Source of the DNA: Octopus sinensis
Taxonomy: Eukaryota
Assembly: GCF_006345805.1 (NCBI RefSeq)
Contig: NC_043005.1
Span: 103,354,001 to 103,418,000 of the forward strand
Direction: 5' to 3'
Length of the DNA: 64,000 nucleotides
Within the stretch, counting starts at the first letter, position 1. Every line of letters starts with the position of its first letter. Of this stretch, positions 13,350 to 27,374 are shown piece after piece. The translations under genes and the position numbers were made by a program. The notes below the pieces were generated by a model. The model had not been told where the DNA came from, did no database searches, and saw nothing but the letters and a program-made list of their open reading frames with translations.

Positions 13350-13537
13350 TCTCAGGGTTTAAAACAAACATAATTTTGGGGTTTTTTTTTTGGACATTCA
13401 CTAGTACAACACCAAAAAAAACCCAAATATATGGCACACTAGGCATAACAACATGAACATCCAACCTGTTGTCTCTTGAGGTCTCTGGGTGAGACTTGAA
13501 GCCAACTTCTACAAATATAAAGCAAAAGTCAAACATA

Positions 13538-13538
<1 letters not shown>
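12936..13538 (+). mobile_element. 5'-truncated R4/Dong-like (RLE-type) non-LTR retrotransposon inside a (TAA)n/(TGA)n array
   Basis: RLE domain ORF; (TAA/TGA)n upstream (12890-12935) and (TAA)n downstream (13539-13600). Confidence 0.85.

Positions 13539-13600
<62 letters not shown>
13539..13600. repeat. (TAA)n microsatellite shared by the Dong-like tail and a Tx1 3' end
   Basis: Direct reading. Confidence 0.95.
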
Positions 13601-13601
<1 letters not shown>

Positions 13602-14100
13602 TTCTTTTATTTGCCACCAGGGTAAAGGACGAGGTGGACAATACAAAGACAGACATAAAGTGTCGGGGATTACATATGATGGAATGATAAAAATAAAAGT
13701 AAATAAGAAAGGTACTCAGTATGCATGAGTAGAAGTCAAGTATATATAGTATACAGCAATATGTAAGAAATAAAGAAACATAAAATTGTGATGGGGTCCT
13801 CCTGATACAGGTGGACTTCTAGGTATAATCGACGAATCCCACCATCCAAGATCACCCTGAATACATTTTCCAACTCCTTTCCTCTAACAAACAGGTACCA
13901 CCCTTTCTTGGCATTTTCGCAACTTTCACCCACCTTTTCATAGATTCCCTCGAGGACAGCGCCTTCCTTTCCACCCTCACTTTCCTTTTCAAGTAAAATT
14001 TTAAAAACTCGATGAGTTGCTTTACCGAACGGGAATGTTTCTGTCCTCATTCGTTTCAGCCTCGTCCACCAGACAACCTCTTTCGCTACAGCAACCAAGC
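13601..14100 (-). mobile_element. 3' fragment of a diverged Tx1 relative
   Basis: VAVAKEVVWWTRLKRMRTETF resembles VAMAKECIWWTRLKGLETNTF of the GATA-associated ORF2. The 3' end is TTTGTATTGTCC..CCCTGGTGGCAAATAAAAGAAA followed by (TTA)n. Confidence 0.75.
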
Positions 14101-14116
14101 AAAGGAAATCTACCTC

Positions 14117-14270
14117 ATTTCTTTATTGCCCACAAGGGGATAAACATAGAGGGGGCATCGACCCCGGTGCGTAACTGGTACTTAATTTATCGACCTCGAA
14201 AGGATGAAAGACAAAGTCGACCTCAGCGGAATTTGAACTCAGAACGTAACGGCAGACGAGCAGCAGCGCC
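14117..14270 (-). mobile_element. tRNA-derived SINE family 2, partial
   Basis: B-box-like GAGTTCAAATTCC, central TTTCATCCTTTCG.GGTCGATAAATTAAGTACCAG block, tail CCCTTGTGGGCAATAAAGAAA. Confidence 0.8.
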
Positions 14271-14275
14271 AGTAA

Positions 14276-14320
<45 letters not shown>

Positions 14321-14367
14321 CAACAGCAGCAGCAGCAGCAGCAGTAGTATTAGTCGTAGTAGTAGTA

Positions 14368-14425
<58 letters not shown>
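14276..14425. repeat. (TAG)n/(CAG)n microsatellite
   Basis: Direct reading; it explains the poly-V/poly-L ORFs. Confidence 0.95.
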
Positions 14426-14426
<1 letters not shown>

Positions 14427-15095
14427 TCTTCAGCTGTTGGTGTCCTTGATTTTAAATCAGTAAAGCAAAGCAAAGGTCACCGAATTTATATTTCTGGATC
14501 TACACTAAGTATAAATAGTATTTGCTGTTTTATTCTTCCAAAATTTTCGGATAAATAAATTCGCTACATATATCACCAGTGACATTTGAGGTATTCCTCG
14601 AAGGCATCGCTAAATAATAATGTGAAACACTTTCAGACGAAGATAATAAGCTGTTGATAGTTCAAAGCCACAGATTACGTCATTTGAAAGGCAATGATGT
14701 AAAGCAGTAATTAATCTATATATGCAACAGGCTATGCGTCACTGACGAGGTCTATAAATATTGAAACATGCGTTAACACTAAATTTCTAAGCATCACACT
14801 AACACGCGTACTAAAATCTCTAATTCATTGATTTTCTATTATTACAACTCTATTTAACATGGATTAGTCATTTATAAAATAACTGTTCTCATCATTAATA
14901 GTGTCGTTATAATTAATTAGCATTTCTTGCTTAATAACAGAGCGCATCATGACACCTGCTGTAATATATGTGCTTATGGGTGCGTAACGACAGACGAAAT
15001 ACCGATAAGCATTTCGCCAGGCGCGCTAATGTTTCTGCCAGCTCGCCGCCTTTAATATATATTTAATGCATAGAACGAAGTACAGAGGATAGTTC

Positions 15096-15110
15096 TGCGC
15101 ATGCGCCAAT
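15096..15110. promoter_or_regulatory. Candidate promoter motifs: NRF1/Ewg-type TGCGCATGCGC overlapping a CCAAT box
   Basis: Exact motif match inside a locally CpG-rich, non-microsatellite patch (~15080-15215). No transcript evidence. Confidence 0.3.
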
Positions 15111-15273
15111 AATAAGGGCACACAGTTCGACAAGCGTTTTGCGGATGCAAACCGAGTGTTGCGTTTGCAATGTTGCGGAGCAGCTACACGCGAGAGGGCA
15201 ACGACATTACATAGTGATCGTTGTCTTTGGTTCCTGACTGTAAATATTTAAAGCATTCTTACTCTCTTCAAAA

Positions 15274-15675
15274 GACGGCGAGCTGGCAGAACCGTTAGCA
15301 CGCCGGGCGAAATGCGTAGCCGTTTTTCGTCTGCCGTTACGTTCTGAATTCAAATTCCGCCGAGGTCGACTTTGCCTTTCATCCTTTCAGGGTCGATTGA
15401 ATAAGTACCAGTTACACACTGGGGTCGATATAATCGACTTAATCCGTTTGCCTGTCCTAGTTTGTCCCCTCTGTATTTAGTTCCTAGTGGGTAGTAAAGA
15501 AATAGGTATTTCGTCTCTCTTTACGTTCTGAGTTCAAATTCCGCCGATGTCGATTTTGCCTTTTATCCTTTCGGGGTCGATATATTAAGTACGTATTTGC
15601 GTACTGGAGTCGATTTGATCGACTGCCCCTCACCCACTCCAAAAAACTCAGGCCTTGTGCCTAGAGTAGAAAAGA
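15274..15675 (+). mobile_element. SINE family 2: a full unit plus a second head-truncated unit with a different tail
   Basis: GGCGAGCTGGCAGAA..GTTAGCACGCCGGGCGAAATGC head and GTGGGTAGTAAAGAAA tail to ~15506, followed by a second B-box/central block. Confidence 0.85.
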
Positions 15676-15903
15676 ATATTCTTATCCTCTTCAATTTGTT
15701 TATGTTTGCCCGAACGGAAATATATTTTTGATATATCTTCTTGAAGTATTTTTATAACACACATACACACACACACACATAAAATGGTTGGCTAATTCGC
15801 AATTTGACAACCTAAAGCCCAAAATATATACGTCAATATAGTGAACAAGAGCACTAAACAGCACCAGCATATATATATATATATACATATACATACATAT
15901 AAA

Positions 15904-17271
15904 TCGTCGTCCACTATAATCCAGCGTTTGCAATACTTTTTTCGTCTGGCGTAAACAGCCCTTCTTATCTTGTTCTCCTTGTCCTGTCTCTCACTGTTAT
16001 ATATTTATTTTTCCACTGTTTATATATATTTTTTTACTGTTTATATGTTTGTACTATCGTTACCGTCTTGCTTTTTTTTACCATTTTTTACCCCTCTGCG
16101 AAAAGATCTCAGAATTTTGATTGATTTGCTTTTCGCAGGAAGGATGTTTCTTCGAAGATACGTCTCGCTTTTATCCTTCGAAACGTAGAGTAGATGAAAC
16201 CTTACCGACTGAAGAAGGGGATTTTTCGTTGTGCTTATTGTCCTGTATCCCTTTTTTTGCTTGTCCTGTTCCTTGGTTTGTGTCTATGTTTTTCGTCTCT
16301 CTATGTGTTCGACGTCTTTTTGGTGTCCTGTACACATATATGCGTGTATATGTACATGTAGAGATAGGTACGTACATATATGTTTATATATATGCATATG
16401 TTCTACTTTATTAACATATTATACGACTAAACGCACGCACCCTATTAAGTAAGATTGTTCTGTTTATCAAGTTAGCCTTGATATTAACTCTCACGCGACT
16501 CTGCATCTTTCTTTCTTTCTATCCCATTCCCTTTTTCGTCTTTTTTCCCTCACTTAACTTGTCTCTTCCTTTCTCTCTCATTCTTCATTCTCTCTCTCCC
16601 CCTCACCATCCTTCATGGTCTCCTCGCACCATTCCCCTTCTTCTCTCTCTTCCTCTTGCTCCTCCTCCCCCATTCCCGTCGTCCATCTGCGACGATACTT
16701 CCGTCGTAACTGCTATCCTGTCTTTTCTCGCCCGCCTTCTAAGGCTACTGGTCGACATTCCTTCTCTCTCGTCGTCCACTATAATCCAGCGTTTGCAATA
16801 CTTTTTTCGTCTGGCGTTAACAGCCCTTCTTATCTTGTTCTCCTTGTCTCTCACTGTTATATATTTATTTTTCCACTGTTTATATATATTTTTTTACTGT
16901 TTATATGTTTGTACTGTCGTTACCGTCTTGCTTTTGTTTACCATTTTTTACCCCTCTGCGAAAAGATCTCAGAATTTTAATTGATTTGCTTTTCGCAGGA
17001 AGGAAGTTTCTTCGAAGATACGTCTCGCTTTTATCCTTCGAAACGTAGAGTAGATGGAACCTTACCGACTGAAGAAGGGGATTTTTCGTTGTGCTTATTG
17101 TCCTGTATCCCTTTTTTTTTGCTTGTCTTGTTCCTTGGTTTGTGTCTATGTTTTCGTCTCTCTATGTGTTCGACGTCTTTTTGGTCCTGTACACATATAT
17201 GCGTGTATATGTACATGTAGAGGTAGGTACGTACATATATGTTTATATATATGCATATGTTCTATTTTATT

Positions 17272-17277
<6 letters not shown>
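15904..17277 (+). mobile_element. Partial-tandem repeat (15904-16418 and 16769-17277), possibly a Penelope-like pseudo-LTR structure
   Basis: Two ~510-bp high-identity direct repeats 865 bp apart, containing several stems and hammerhead-like CTGAAGA / CGAAACGTA motifs. The duplication is certain; the Penelope identity is inferred. Confidence 0.45.
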
Positions 17278-17318
<41 letters not shown>

Positions 17319-17466
17319 GTATGTGTGTAGGTATATATGTATATGTATAGCCATGTACATATACATACCTATTCATATTTGCACAGAGCCACATACACCT
17401 TTGGCTGCGTGTGTGTGCGTGTATGTGTGTGTGCGTACGCATGCGCTGTGCATTTATCTTACGCAG

Positions 17467-17490
17467 ATGCCAGAATGGTACAATGGTCAA
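17467..17490 (+). CDS. Candidate 24-nt micro-exon of an unidentified host gene
   Basis: tttatcttacgcag|ATGCCAGAATGGTACAATGGTCAA|gtgagt; open in all three frames. Splice signals are the only evidence. Confidence 0.25.
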
Positions 17491-18574
17491 GTGAGTAAAT
17501 TTGCAATCATAACATTCCGCCTTCTATCCTACTGCCTTCCTTCCTAGAGGATCATCCATCGTTTACCACTAAGCCGTGTTTATCCGAGACTTCTGAGTGG
17601 AATTGAATTCTTGAAAGCTGCGACGAAGCCTTTCCGGTGGATTATGTCTGTAATTGAAAAAAGCTGGCTTGACACATACAGATACAACTTGAACATTACG
17701 ACTAAAAATGACACTGGTGTACTCAGCCATTTACACTATTTATTTTTCAATTACTTGATACTACCTTTTTTCTGATAAATCGGCCTAGACGCAGAATCTC
17801 TTTATTACTTTCATTTACTTTTTTATCTGTCCAATTCCCTATCACCAAATCAAAACCCATTTCAATTTTTTCTCAAAAAGACATTTATTTTGAATTATAA
17901 TTCTGTTGATAAGAACATTGATAAAGGTACAAATTTATGCACACATATATAGACATATATATATATATATTTACACATACATACATTACTCTCTTTTTTT
18001 TTTCTTTACTGACGCAATAACTGTATTACGCGGAATGACTTTTCAGAATTTTATATGCGAATGACTTTAGCCCACGTGACCTTTTTATAACAGACTCAAA
18101 TTATATTGGTCAGCACATTTAATGCTGTGACAGTTTCATTTAGTAATAAGCTTGCAGAGTTATAGCTTTAATTTCCTAATCCCTTTACAGAGAGCATCCT
18201 GTCAGTATGATTTTCGAAATAAATGGATAAATTGATGCCATATCATTGCTTTCGATGTTATGGTGGAAGTAATTTCGGTAGAATGGCCACCATTCTGTTA
18301 AACAATTCGATATTGCTCCGTAGCCGATGCATTAAACTGTACGGGCTTTCAGTACCTTTTATATACTTTTATATCTTGTCAGTACGAAGGTCTTGGATAC
18401 TAGAATGTAAGCATGATGGAATTTATTGGTGTCGATATATGCTTGCGTTTATCTATATATGTATAAACGTGTGTAAGAATATGTTTGTGTGGTGTATATA
18501 TAATATATATATGTATATATATATATATATATGTATATATTATATATATATATATATTATATATATATATTATA

Positions 18575-18606
<32 letters not shown>

Positions 18607-18648
18607 GCACGCACAGAGAAGGAGAGAGTGAGAGAAATGAACAAATAT

Positions 18649-19955
<1,307 letters not shown>

Positions 19956-20027
19956 TGTTTCTTTATTAGCCACACAGGGCTGCACACAGATAGAACAAAT
20001 TACAAGGTAGAGCTTTTCTTTTGAAGG

Positions 20028-20064
<37 letters not shown>

Positions 20065-20135
20065 AAGGGGGAGGTTTCGATCAAAAGGGATCGTAAAAGA
20101 GAGAGAAAGAGGACAAAAGTAAGGGGGGTTAAAAA

Positions 20136-20188
<53 letters not shown>

Positions 20189-22990
20189 GGGGGGGGGAGA
20201 GGAAAAAAAAAAAAAAAAAAAAAAAATGATCAATAGGGATCGTTATCACAGAAATGTCAATATGAAGTGTAAAGGGGAGGACAGGTGAGGTTTACCCGTG
20301 GAGAAAAGCCTGCGGAAAAGACCACGGTAACCTCGGTCAATGAAGTCACATTTATATTTCTATTTTTTTTTTTTTTTTTTTGCAAATAAGCAACTCTCTG
20401 TTTCGATTTCTGGGTTCATAGGACTATGCTCAAGGTGGCTTCGTCATTCATACGTGCCATTCTTGCTACATTCACCCATCTTTTTTTAAAACATTCGCTA
20501 GACAAAACTTGCCTCTCTACTCTCACTTTCCTTTTCAAGTGGTACTTGAAGAAGTTGATGAGAGATTGACCAGAGAGGAAAGTGTTTGTCTCCAATCCTT
20601 TCAGACGCGTCCACCAGATACATTCTTTCGCCATAGCCACAAGGATGATGATGAAAATAGCTCTTCCTTCCCGTTTGAAGGAAGGAGGCGTGACAATATT
20701 GACGATAGACTCAGCTGATAAACCGACTCGTCCCACACGTGACAGCAGTTGTTCGACATAAGCCCACAGGTCGGAAATTGTTGGACACTGAACGAGTGCG
20801 TGCAGAACGGTTTCGTCGCTCTGACCGCATCTCGGGCAGGTCGGCCCCGTGTTTCTCGAGCCGTGTCTGTAGAGCTTATCCCGAACGGGTAGCGCTTCTC
20901 GGTAGCACTGCCAGGCCAGGGATCTCTGGAAGTTGTCCATGGGCCCTGGCCCGAAAGTCGTCCCGAACAGGCGGGTCAGGTACTCCTCGTCGACGTCCAG
21001 GTTCGCCCCGAGCTCGTCGTCGTACCTCCCCTCCACTAAACCCCTATAGAATGCTTTGGTTGTGTTGAAGTCACTTAAGGTCGACCCAGGACGGCAGAGT
21101 TGCTTGAGAGCAACGCGACACTCGCGGTGCCATTCGCCCTTCCTCGGCCTCTTTTTGATCCACGACTGCAGTTCGGTCATGGAGACGAGCTGCGGGAAAG
21201 CGTGCCTCACAAACGGCGACCACACCTTTCACCGTCGTCTACATAGAGCCAGAGATGTCGCAGTCTCAGCGCGTGTCTGCGCATCATCAACCACGGCATG
21301 CCCAGCCCTCCTTTTAACGGGTGTTGACAGCAAATGGATCGCCTGACCATCGGACGCATCCTTCCACAAGAAGCGAAAGAGGATGCGTTGTAGTTTGGTG
21401 ATGGTAGGGTCGGGACAAGGTACGACGGTCAGGCGGTAGTAGATGACGGACGCGATGTACGTGTTCGCCACCTCCGCTCGACCTTTTAGGGACAGTTTCC
21501 TCTCGGCCCATTGCCGGGCGAGAGTGACCACCCTACTCGTTATCTCGTTCCAGTTCTTCTCCACTTGGAGGTCCGGACCAAACCAGACCCCGAGCAACTC
21601 AACGGGCCGTCGGTCCAGCGTCCCACGACGGAGGCGCTGGTGGACGGCATGGGCTTGCTTCTCCAGGTGCCTAGTCGCAAGCCCACTGACTTTTCCCGGT
21701 TGATTTTCGCTCCTGTCACCGCTTCGTAGTTTTTCAGTGTCTCGCCGACCAGCTCGATGTGCTCGTGGCTAGACACTATGACGGTGACGTCGTCCGCGTA
21801 TGCAGACACGCTCGTCCCGCATCCCAATTCTCGCGGGATGCCCCTTAGAGTCGCCAGCTTCGCAGCAGTAGTGGCTCAAGAGTCAAACGTATAGAAGCGC
21901 CGAGAGGGGGCATCCCTGACGGACCGAACGTGCAATGTCGAAAGGTCTCGATAGATGTCCATTTACGCGAATTACCGAACGGATGCCTCTGTACAAGGCA
22001 GCTATCCAGCCGCGGAAGACGGGACCGAAACCAGCCGCTCTCAGGACTGCCTCCAAGTATCGATGGTCTACCCTATCAAAGGCTTTTGATTGATCCAAGT
22101 TGATCAGGGCCCCACCCATGCCAGGTTCGTTAACTACCCTGTCTATGATGTAGCGCATCAGATGGAGGTTGTCATGGATGGTCCGGCCTGGCACGGCGCA
22201 TGTTTTGCGCCTTGTCGACCAGTTTCTCGATGACAAGCGCCAACCTCTTGGCTAGCACCTTGGCCAAAATTTTCAAGTCTGCATTAAGCAGAGTGATGGG
22301 CCTAAAGTTATCTATTACATTTCCCTTGTTTAGATCTTTCTTCAGCAGTGTTACGGCTCCTCGGCTCACAAAACCAGGAATGCTCCCGTTTTGCTGCCAG
22401 TTGCAGTACACCGCCGCCAAGAGATCTCCAAACAAGTCTGGCATACAATTGTAAAGCTCGTAGGGTAGACCATCCAAACCCGGTGATTTGTCCCTCGAGC
22501 ATTCTGCCATCGCTTCCCGCACTTCCGCCGCCGTGATGGCACCTTCGCAGCACCCTGCCTTTCTTGTCGAGAGTCGTGGTAGGCTATGTAGGTAGGCACT
22601 GAAGTCCACCCTACGTTCTTGCCCTCCACTCGTTCCGAACAGTCGGGCAAAATGCTGCTGAAAGGCCTCACACATTTTACTTGGCTCGAGCAATTCGCGC
22701 CCCTGTTCATCTACCAGTGACCGAATGGTGGCTTTGTTGCCCTGTTGCGCCTCTGCCACCCGGGCCTCTCTCGCGGCTCCAACACCTTCGTTCCTTAGAG
22801 CACGCATCCTAGCTCTGACAGCACATCCTTCGTGTTTGGCGTTGAAGTGTTGGTCGAGGGCCAACCTCGCCGCCAAAACGTCGGATGCGATGCCGCTTCT
22901 AATTGCCTCTTCTAGCTTCTTAACTAGCTCACCCTCTACTCTATTTCTATCTATGGCTAGTGCTTTGCTGTACCTAATCGCTTCTGCTTA
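19956..22990 (-). mobile_element. Tx1-clade LINE copy A, 5'-truncated within ORF2, in (GATA)n
   Basis: RT motifs DQSKAFDRVDH, VRQGCPLS and YADD; C-terminal CPRCGQSDETVLHALVQC; 3' UTR ending AATAAAGAAAC; (TATC)n on both sides in element sense. Confidence 0.93.
20416..22990 (-). pseudogene. ORF2 (RT + C-terminal zinc knuckle) of copy A, frameshifted as assembled
   Basis: ORF-track pieces 22172..22876, 21883..22236, 21540..21827, 21229..21597 and 20416..21225 are colinear parts of one L1/Tx1 ORF2. Confidence 0.9.
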
Positions 22991-23607
<617 letters not shown>

Positions 23608-23904
23608 CTTCTTTTATTAGCCACACAGGGCTGAATACAGAGGGGACAATACAAATGCAGAGCTTTTCTTTTCGAGGGTGGAAAAAATAAAAAAATGTAA
23701 GATTGCGATCAAAAGGGATCGAGAGGAGGAAAAAAAAGGAAAAAAAAAGAAATCGTGTATCACAGAAATAATGGTGTAACATTGATTAACAAGATTTGGG
23801 TTCATCCGTGGGAAGAAAAGCCTACAGAAAAGACCACGGGAACCCCAGTCAGGGAGGAAATAAACACATGAGGTCAAAAATGCTCTCTTTTTTCTTTTTA
23901 CGAT

Positions 23905-26900
23905 CTACAGGATCATGCTCAAAATGGTTTCGTTACTAGCACGCACCATCTTTGCAACATTCACCCATCTTTTTTTGAATCTTTCGCGAGACAAAACTTC
24001 CCTCTCCATTCTCACCTTCCTTTTCAAGTGGTACTTGAAAAAGTTGATGAGCGATTGGCCAGAGAGGTAAGTGTTTGTCTCTAATCCTTTCGCTCGAGTC
24101 CACCACACACATTCTTTCACCATGGCCACCAGTACGATGAAAACTGCCTTGCCTTCCCGGTTGAGGGAAGGGGGCGGAGCAATTCTCACGATAGACTCGG
24201 CCGATAGGCGGATTCGTCCCACACGTGACAGCAGCCGTTCGGCATAAGCCCACAGGTCGGAAATGGTTGGACATTGCACGAGTGCGTGCAGAACGGTTTC
24301 GTCGCTCTGACCGCATCTCGGGCAAGTCGGTCCAGTGTGTCTGGAACCGTGTCTGTAGAGCTTATCCCGAACAGGTAATGCTTCTCGATAGCACTGCCAG
24401 GCCAGGGATCTTTGGTGATTGTTCATAGGTCCCGGCCCGAAAGTTGTCCTGAACAGGCGGGTCAGGTGTTCCTCGTCGACGCCCAGACTCTGCCCGAGTT
24501 CGTCGTCGCACCTCCCCTCCACTAATCCTCTATAGAATGCCTTTGTTGTGATGGAGTCGCACAAGTTCGATCCCGGACGGCAGAGTTGCTTGAGAGCAAC
24601 GCGACACTCACGGTGCCATTCGCCTAGCCTCGGTCTCTGCTTGATCCATGACTGTAGTTCGTCCAAGGAGACGAGCTGCGGGAAAGCGCGCCGCCAAAAG
24701 GCGACCCCCTGTTCACCGTTGTCTATGAAGCGCCGGAGATGTCGCAGTCTCAGCGCATGTCTGCGCATCATCAAACCACGCATGCCAGCCCTCCATTTAG
24801 CGGGTGTTGGCAGCAAATGGATCGCCTAACCATCGGAACGTTTCCCTTCCACAAGAAGCGGAAGAGTATGCGTTCCAGTTTGGTGATGGTAGGGTCGGGA
24901 CAAGGCACGACGGTCAGACGGTACTCGATGACGGATGCGATGTACGCGTTCGCCACCTCCGCCCGACCTTTTAGGGATAGCTTTCTCTCAGTCCATTCTG
25001 GGTGAGAGTAGCCACCCCTAGTCGTTATCTCGCCCCAGTTCTTCTCCATTTGGAGGTCCGGACCGACCGAACCAGACCCCGAGCAATTTAACCGGTCCGT
25101 CCGTCCAGCGTCCACGATGGAGACGCTGTTGGACGGCATGGGCTTGCTTCTCCAGGTGCCGAGCCGCAAGCCCACTGACTTTCCCGGTTAATTTTTGCTC
25201 CCGTTACCGCTTCGTATTCTTTCAGTGTCTCGCCGACCAGCTCGATGTGCTCGTAGCTCGACACTATGACGGTGACGTCATCCGCGTATGCAGACACGCT
25301 CCTCCCGCATCCCAGCTCTCGTGGGATGCCCCTCAGCGTCGCCAGTTTCCGCAGTAGTGGCTCAAGAGTCAGTACATACAGCAGCGATGAGAGGGGGGCA
25401 TCCCTGACGAACCGAACGCATGATGTTAAAAGGTCTGGATAGATGACCATTTACGCGAACTACTGAGCGGATGCCGCTGTATAGGCAGCGATCCAACCGC
25501 GGAAAACTGGACCGAAACCAGCCGCTTTGAGGACAGCCTCCAAGTAGTGATGGTCTACCCTATCGAAGGCTTTGATTGATCCAAATTGATCAGCGCCCCA
25601 CCCATGCCAGGATTTTTAACTACCCTGTCTATGATTGTAGCGCATCAGATGGAGGTTGTCATGAATACTTCTACCCGGCACGGCGCATGTTTGCGCCTTG
25701 TCGATTAGTTCTTGATGACAAGCGCCAACCTCTCGGCTAACACCTTGGCCAAAATTTCAAATCTGCGTTGAGCAGAGTGATGGGCCTGAAATTATCTATG
25801 ACGTCCCCCTTGTTTGGGTCTTTCTTGATCAGTGCCACTGCTCCTCGCTTTACAAAAGCAGGAATACTCCCGTTCTGCTGCCAGTTGCAGTAGACAGCTG
25901 CCAAGACGCCTCCAAACAAGTCTGGCATATGAAAATAAAATTCGTAGGGCAGACCATCCAAGCCTGGTGACTTGTCTCTCGCGCAGCCTACCATCGCATC
26001 TGTACGTCCGCAGCTGTGATAGGCTTTTCACAAGACTCCACCTCCCTTGCTGAGAGTCGTGGCAAGGCATGCAGGTAGGCACTAAAGTCCACTCTGCTTT
26101 CTGACTCACCACTTGTCCCAAACAGTTGGGTGAAGTGTTGTTGAAAAAACCCAACACATCCTTTTAGGCTCGAGCAATTCGCGCCCCCTGTTCATATAAG
26201 AGACTTGATGTGGCTCTGTTGCCTCGTTGCGTCTCCACCACTCGGGCCTCTTGGGCGGCTCCAACTCCTTCGTTCCTCAGAGCACGCATCCTAGCTCTGA
26301 CAACGCATCCCTCGTGTTTGGCGTTGAGGTGTTGGTCGAGGGCCAATCTCGCCGCCAGTACGTTGGACGCGATGCCAGTTCTAAGTGCCTCTTCTAAAAC
26401 CTTAACTAATTCTCCCTCTACTCTATTTCGGTCTAATGCTAGGGCTCTACTGTATCTGACTGATTCTGCTTAATCGCTTTTTTTAGGGCATACCACCATC
26501 TGTTGTTGATGATGGTACCCGTTAAAGCTCTCTTAACTAATGTGCTGATCCGGTCCCTGTAAACCTGTCGTGCTGTAAAAGACGCGTTCAGTTTCCAGTA
26601 ACAGGACCCTGCCTATGTGTCTTATCTAAGTCAAGTGTACAAGTCAAAACTTGTGATCTGTGTAACTGACTATATGAAATTGTGGACAACCTACACTATT
26701 TTTATCTATTGTCCTACAGAATACTCTATCTAAGTATGATCTGGACGACCCGATGCGGTTACTCCATGTCCACATTGGCACATTCGGGTGGTCCAGTCGG
26801 TACCTGTCAGACAGTTGGAAACGTCTGAGCAGGTCTTTGAGGCATTTGCATCCCCTTCTATTGCTATCTCTGCCCACGTAGTCTAGATGCGTGTCCAGGG

Positions 26901-27334
26901 TGGCATTCCAATCCCCCACTAAAAGTAAAGGACGAGACGTTCCCATGAAAGACTCTAGACGTCGAAAGAAATCTGGTCGGCCTGTTAAGGACGGAGCAAG
27001 CATAACTGCTATCAGTCGAAAAGCACACTCATTGCTGCCATCGACATCCAAAACGACCAGCCTACCCTCCGGGTCTAGGAAATTTGCTCTTACTTTGAGA
27101 TCCAGACTCTTCCGGATAAGCACCGCGGTGCCACCTCCGCCCATTCTCGGTGACACGGAGAAAAATAAATGTTGAAATGTGTACCGAAAATGTGCTGGAG
27201 TGCCCGCAAGCTGTGGAGTCTGGTCTCACTGATGGCTATGATATTCAGATTTAGTGACTTGATGTCATTTAACAGGTAGCCTTGTTTCCAAGGCGACCCC
27301 AAGCCACGTACATTTATACTACTATTCTGAGCAT
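23905..27334 (-). pseudogene. ORF2 of copy B: APE endonuclease, reverse transcriptase and C-terminal zinc knuckle (several 1-bp frameshifts as assembled)
   Basis: EN motifs INVRGL, IAISET, GGGTAVL, LVGDWNATLD, SYLDRVF, YTDH; RT motifs NFRPITLLN and SAYADD; CPRCGQSDETVLHALVQC; stop at 23905. Confidence 0.92.
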
Positions 27335-27374
27335 GTTCCGATAAAAGTGCAAAAAAGGAAAAGGAGAGAGAAAA

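Noticed and set aside
15274-15365. tRNA gene calls at the A/B-box-containing heads (also 520-583, 7880-7948, 10898-10965, 56180-56248)
   Set aside because: No complete cloverleaf; each continues into a repeated SINE body.
16096-16253. Active hammerhead ribozyme in the 510-bp repeat
   Set aside because: CTGAAGA and GAAAC belong to different stems and helices I/III cannot be closed, so it is kept only as a remnant hypothesis.
15904-17277. LTR retrotransposon or solo-LTR pair interpretation of the direct repeats
   Set aside because: No TG...CA ends, PBS or PPT seen; the inner spacer is only ~350 bp and the first copy is a truncated version of the second.
20030-20225. Long A and G homopolymers in the copy A 3' UTR as a poly(A) tail or G-quadruplex
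   Set aside because: They are internal to the UTR (T/C runs in element sense), are much shorter in near-identical copy C, and homopolymer lengths are unreliable in this assembly.
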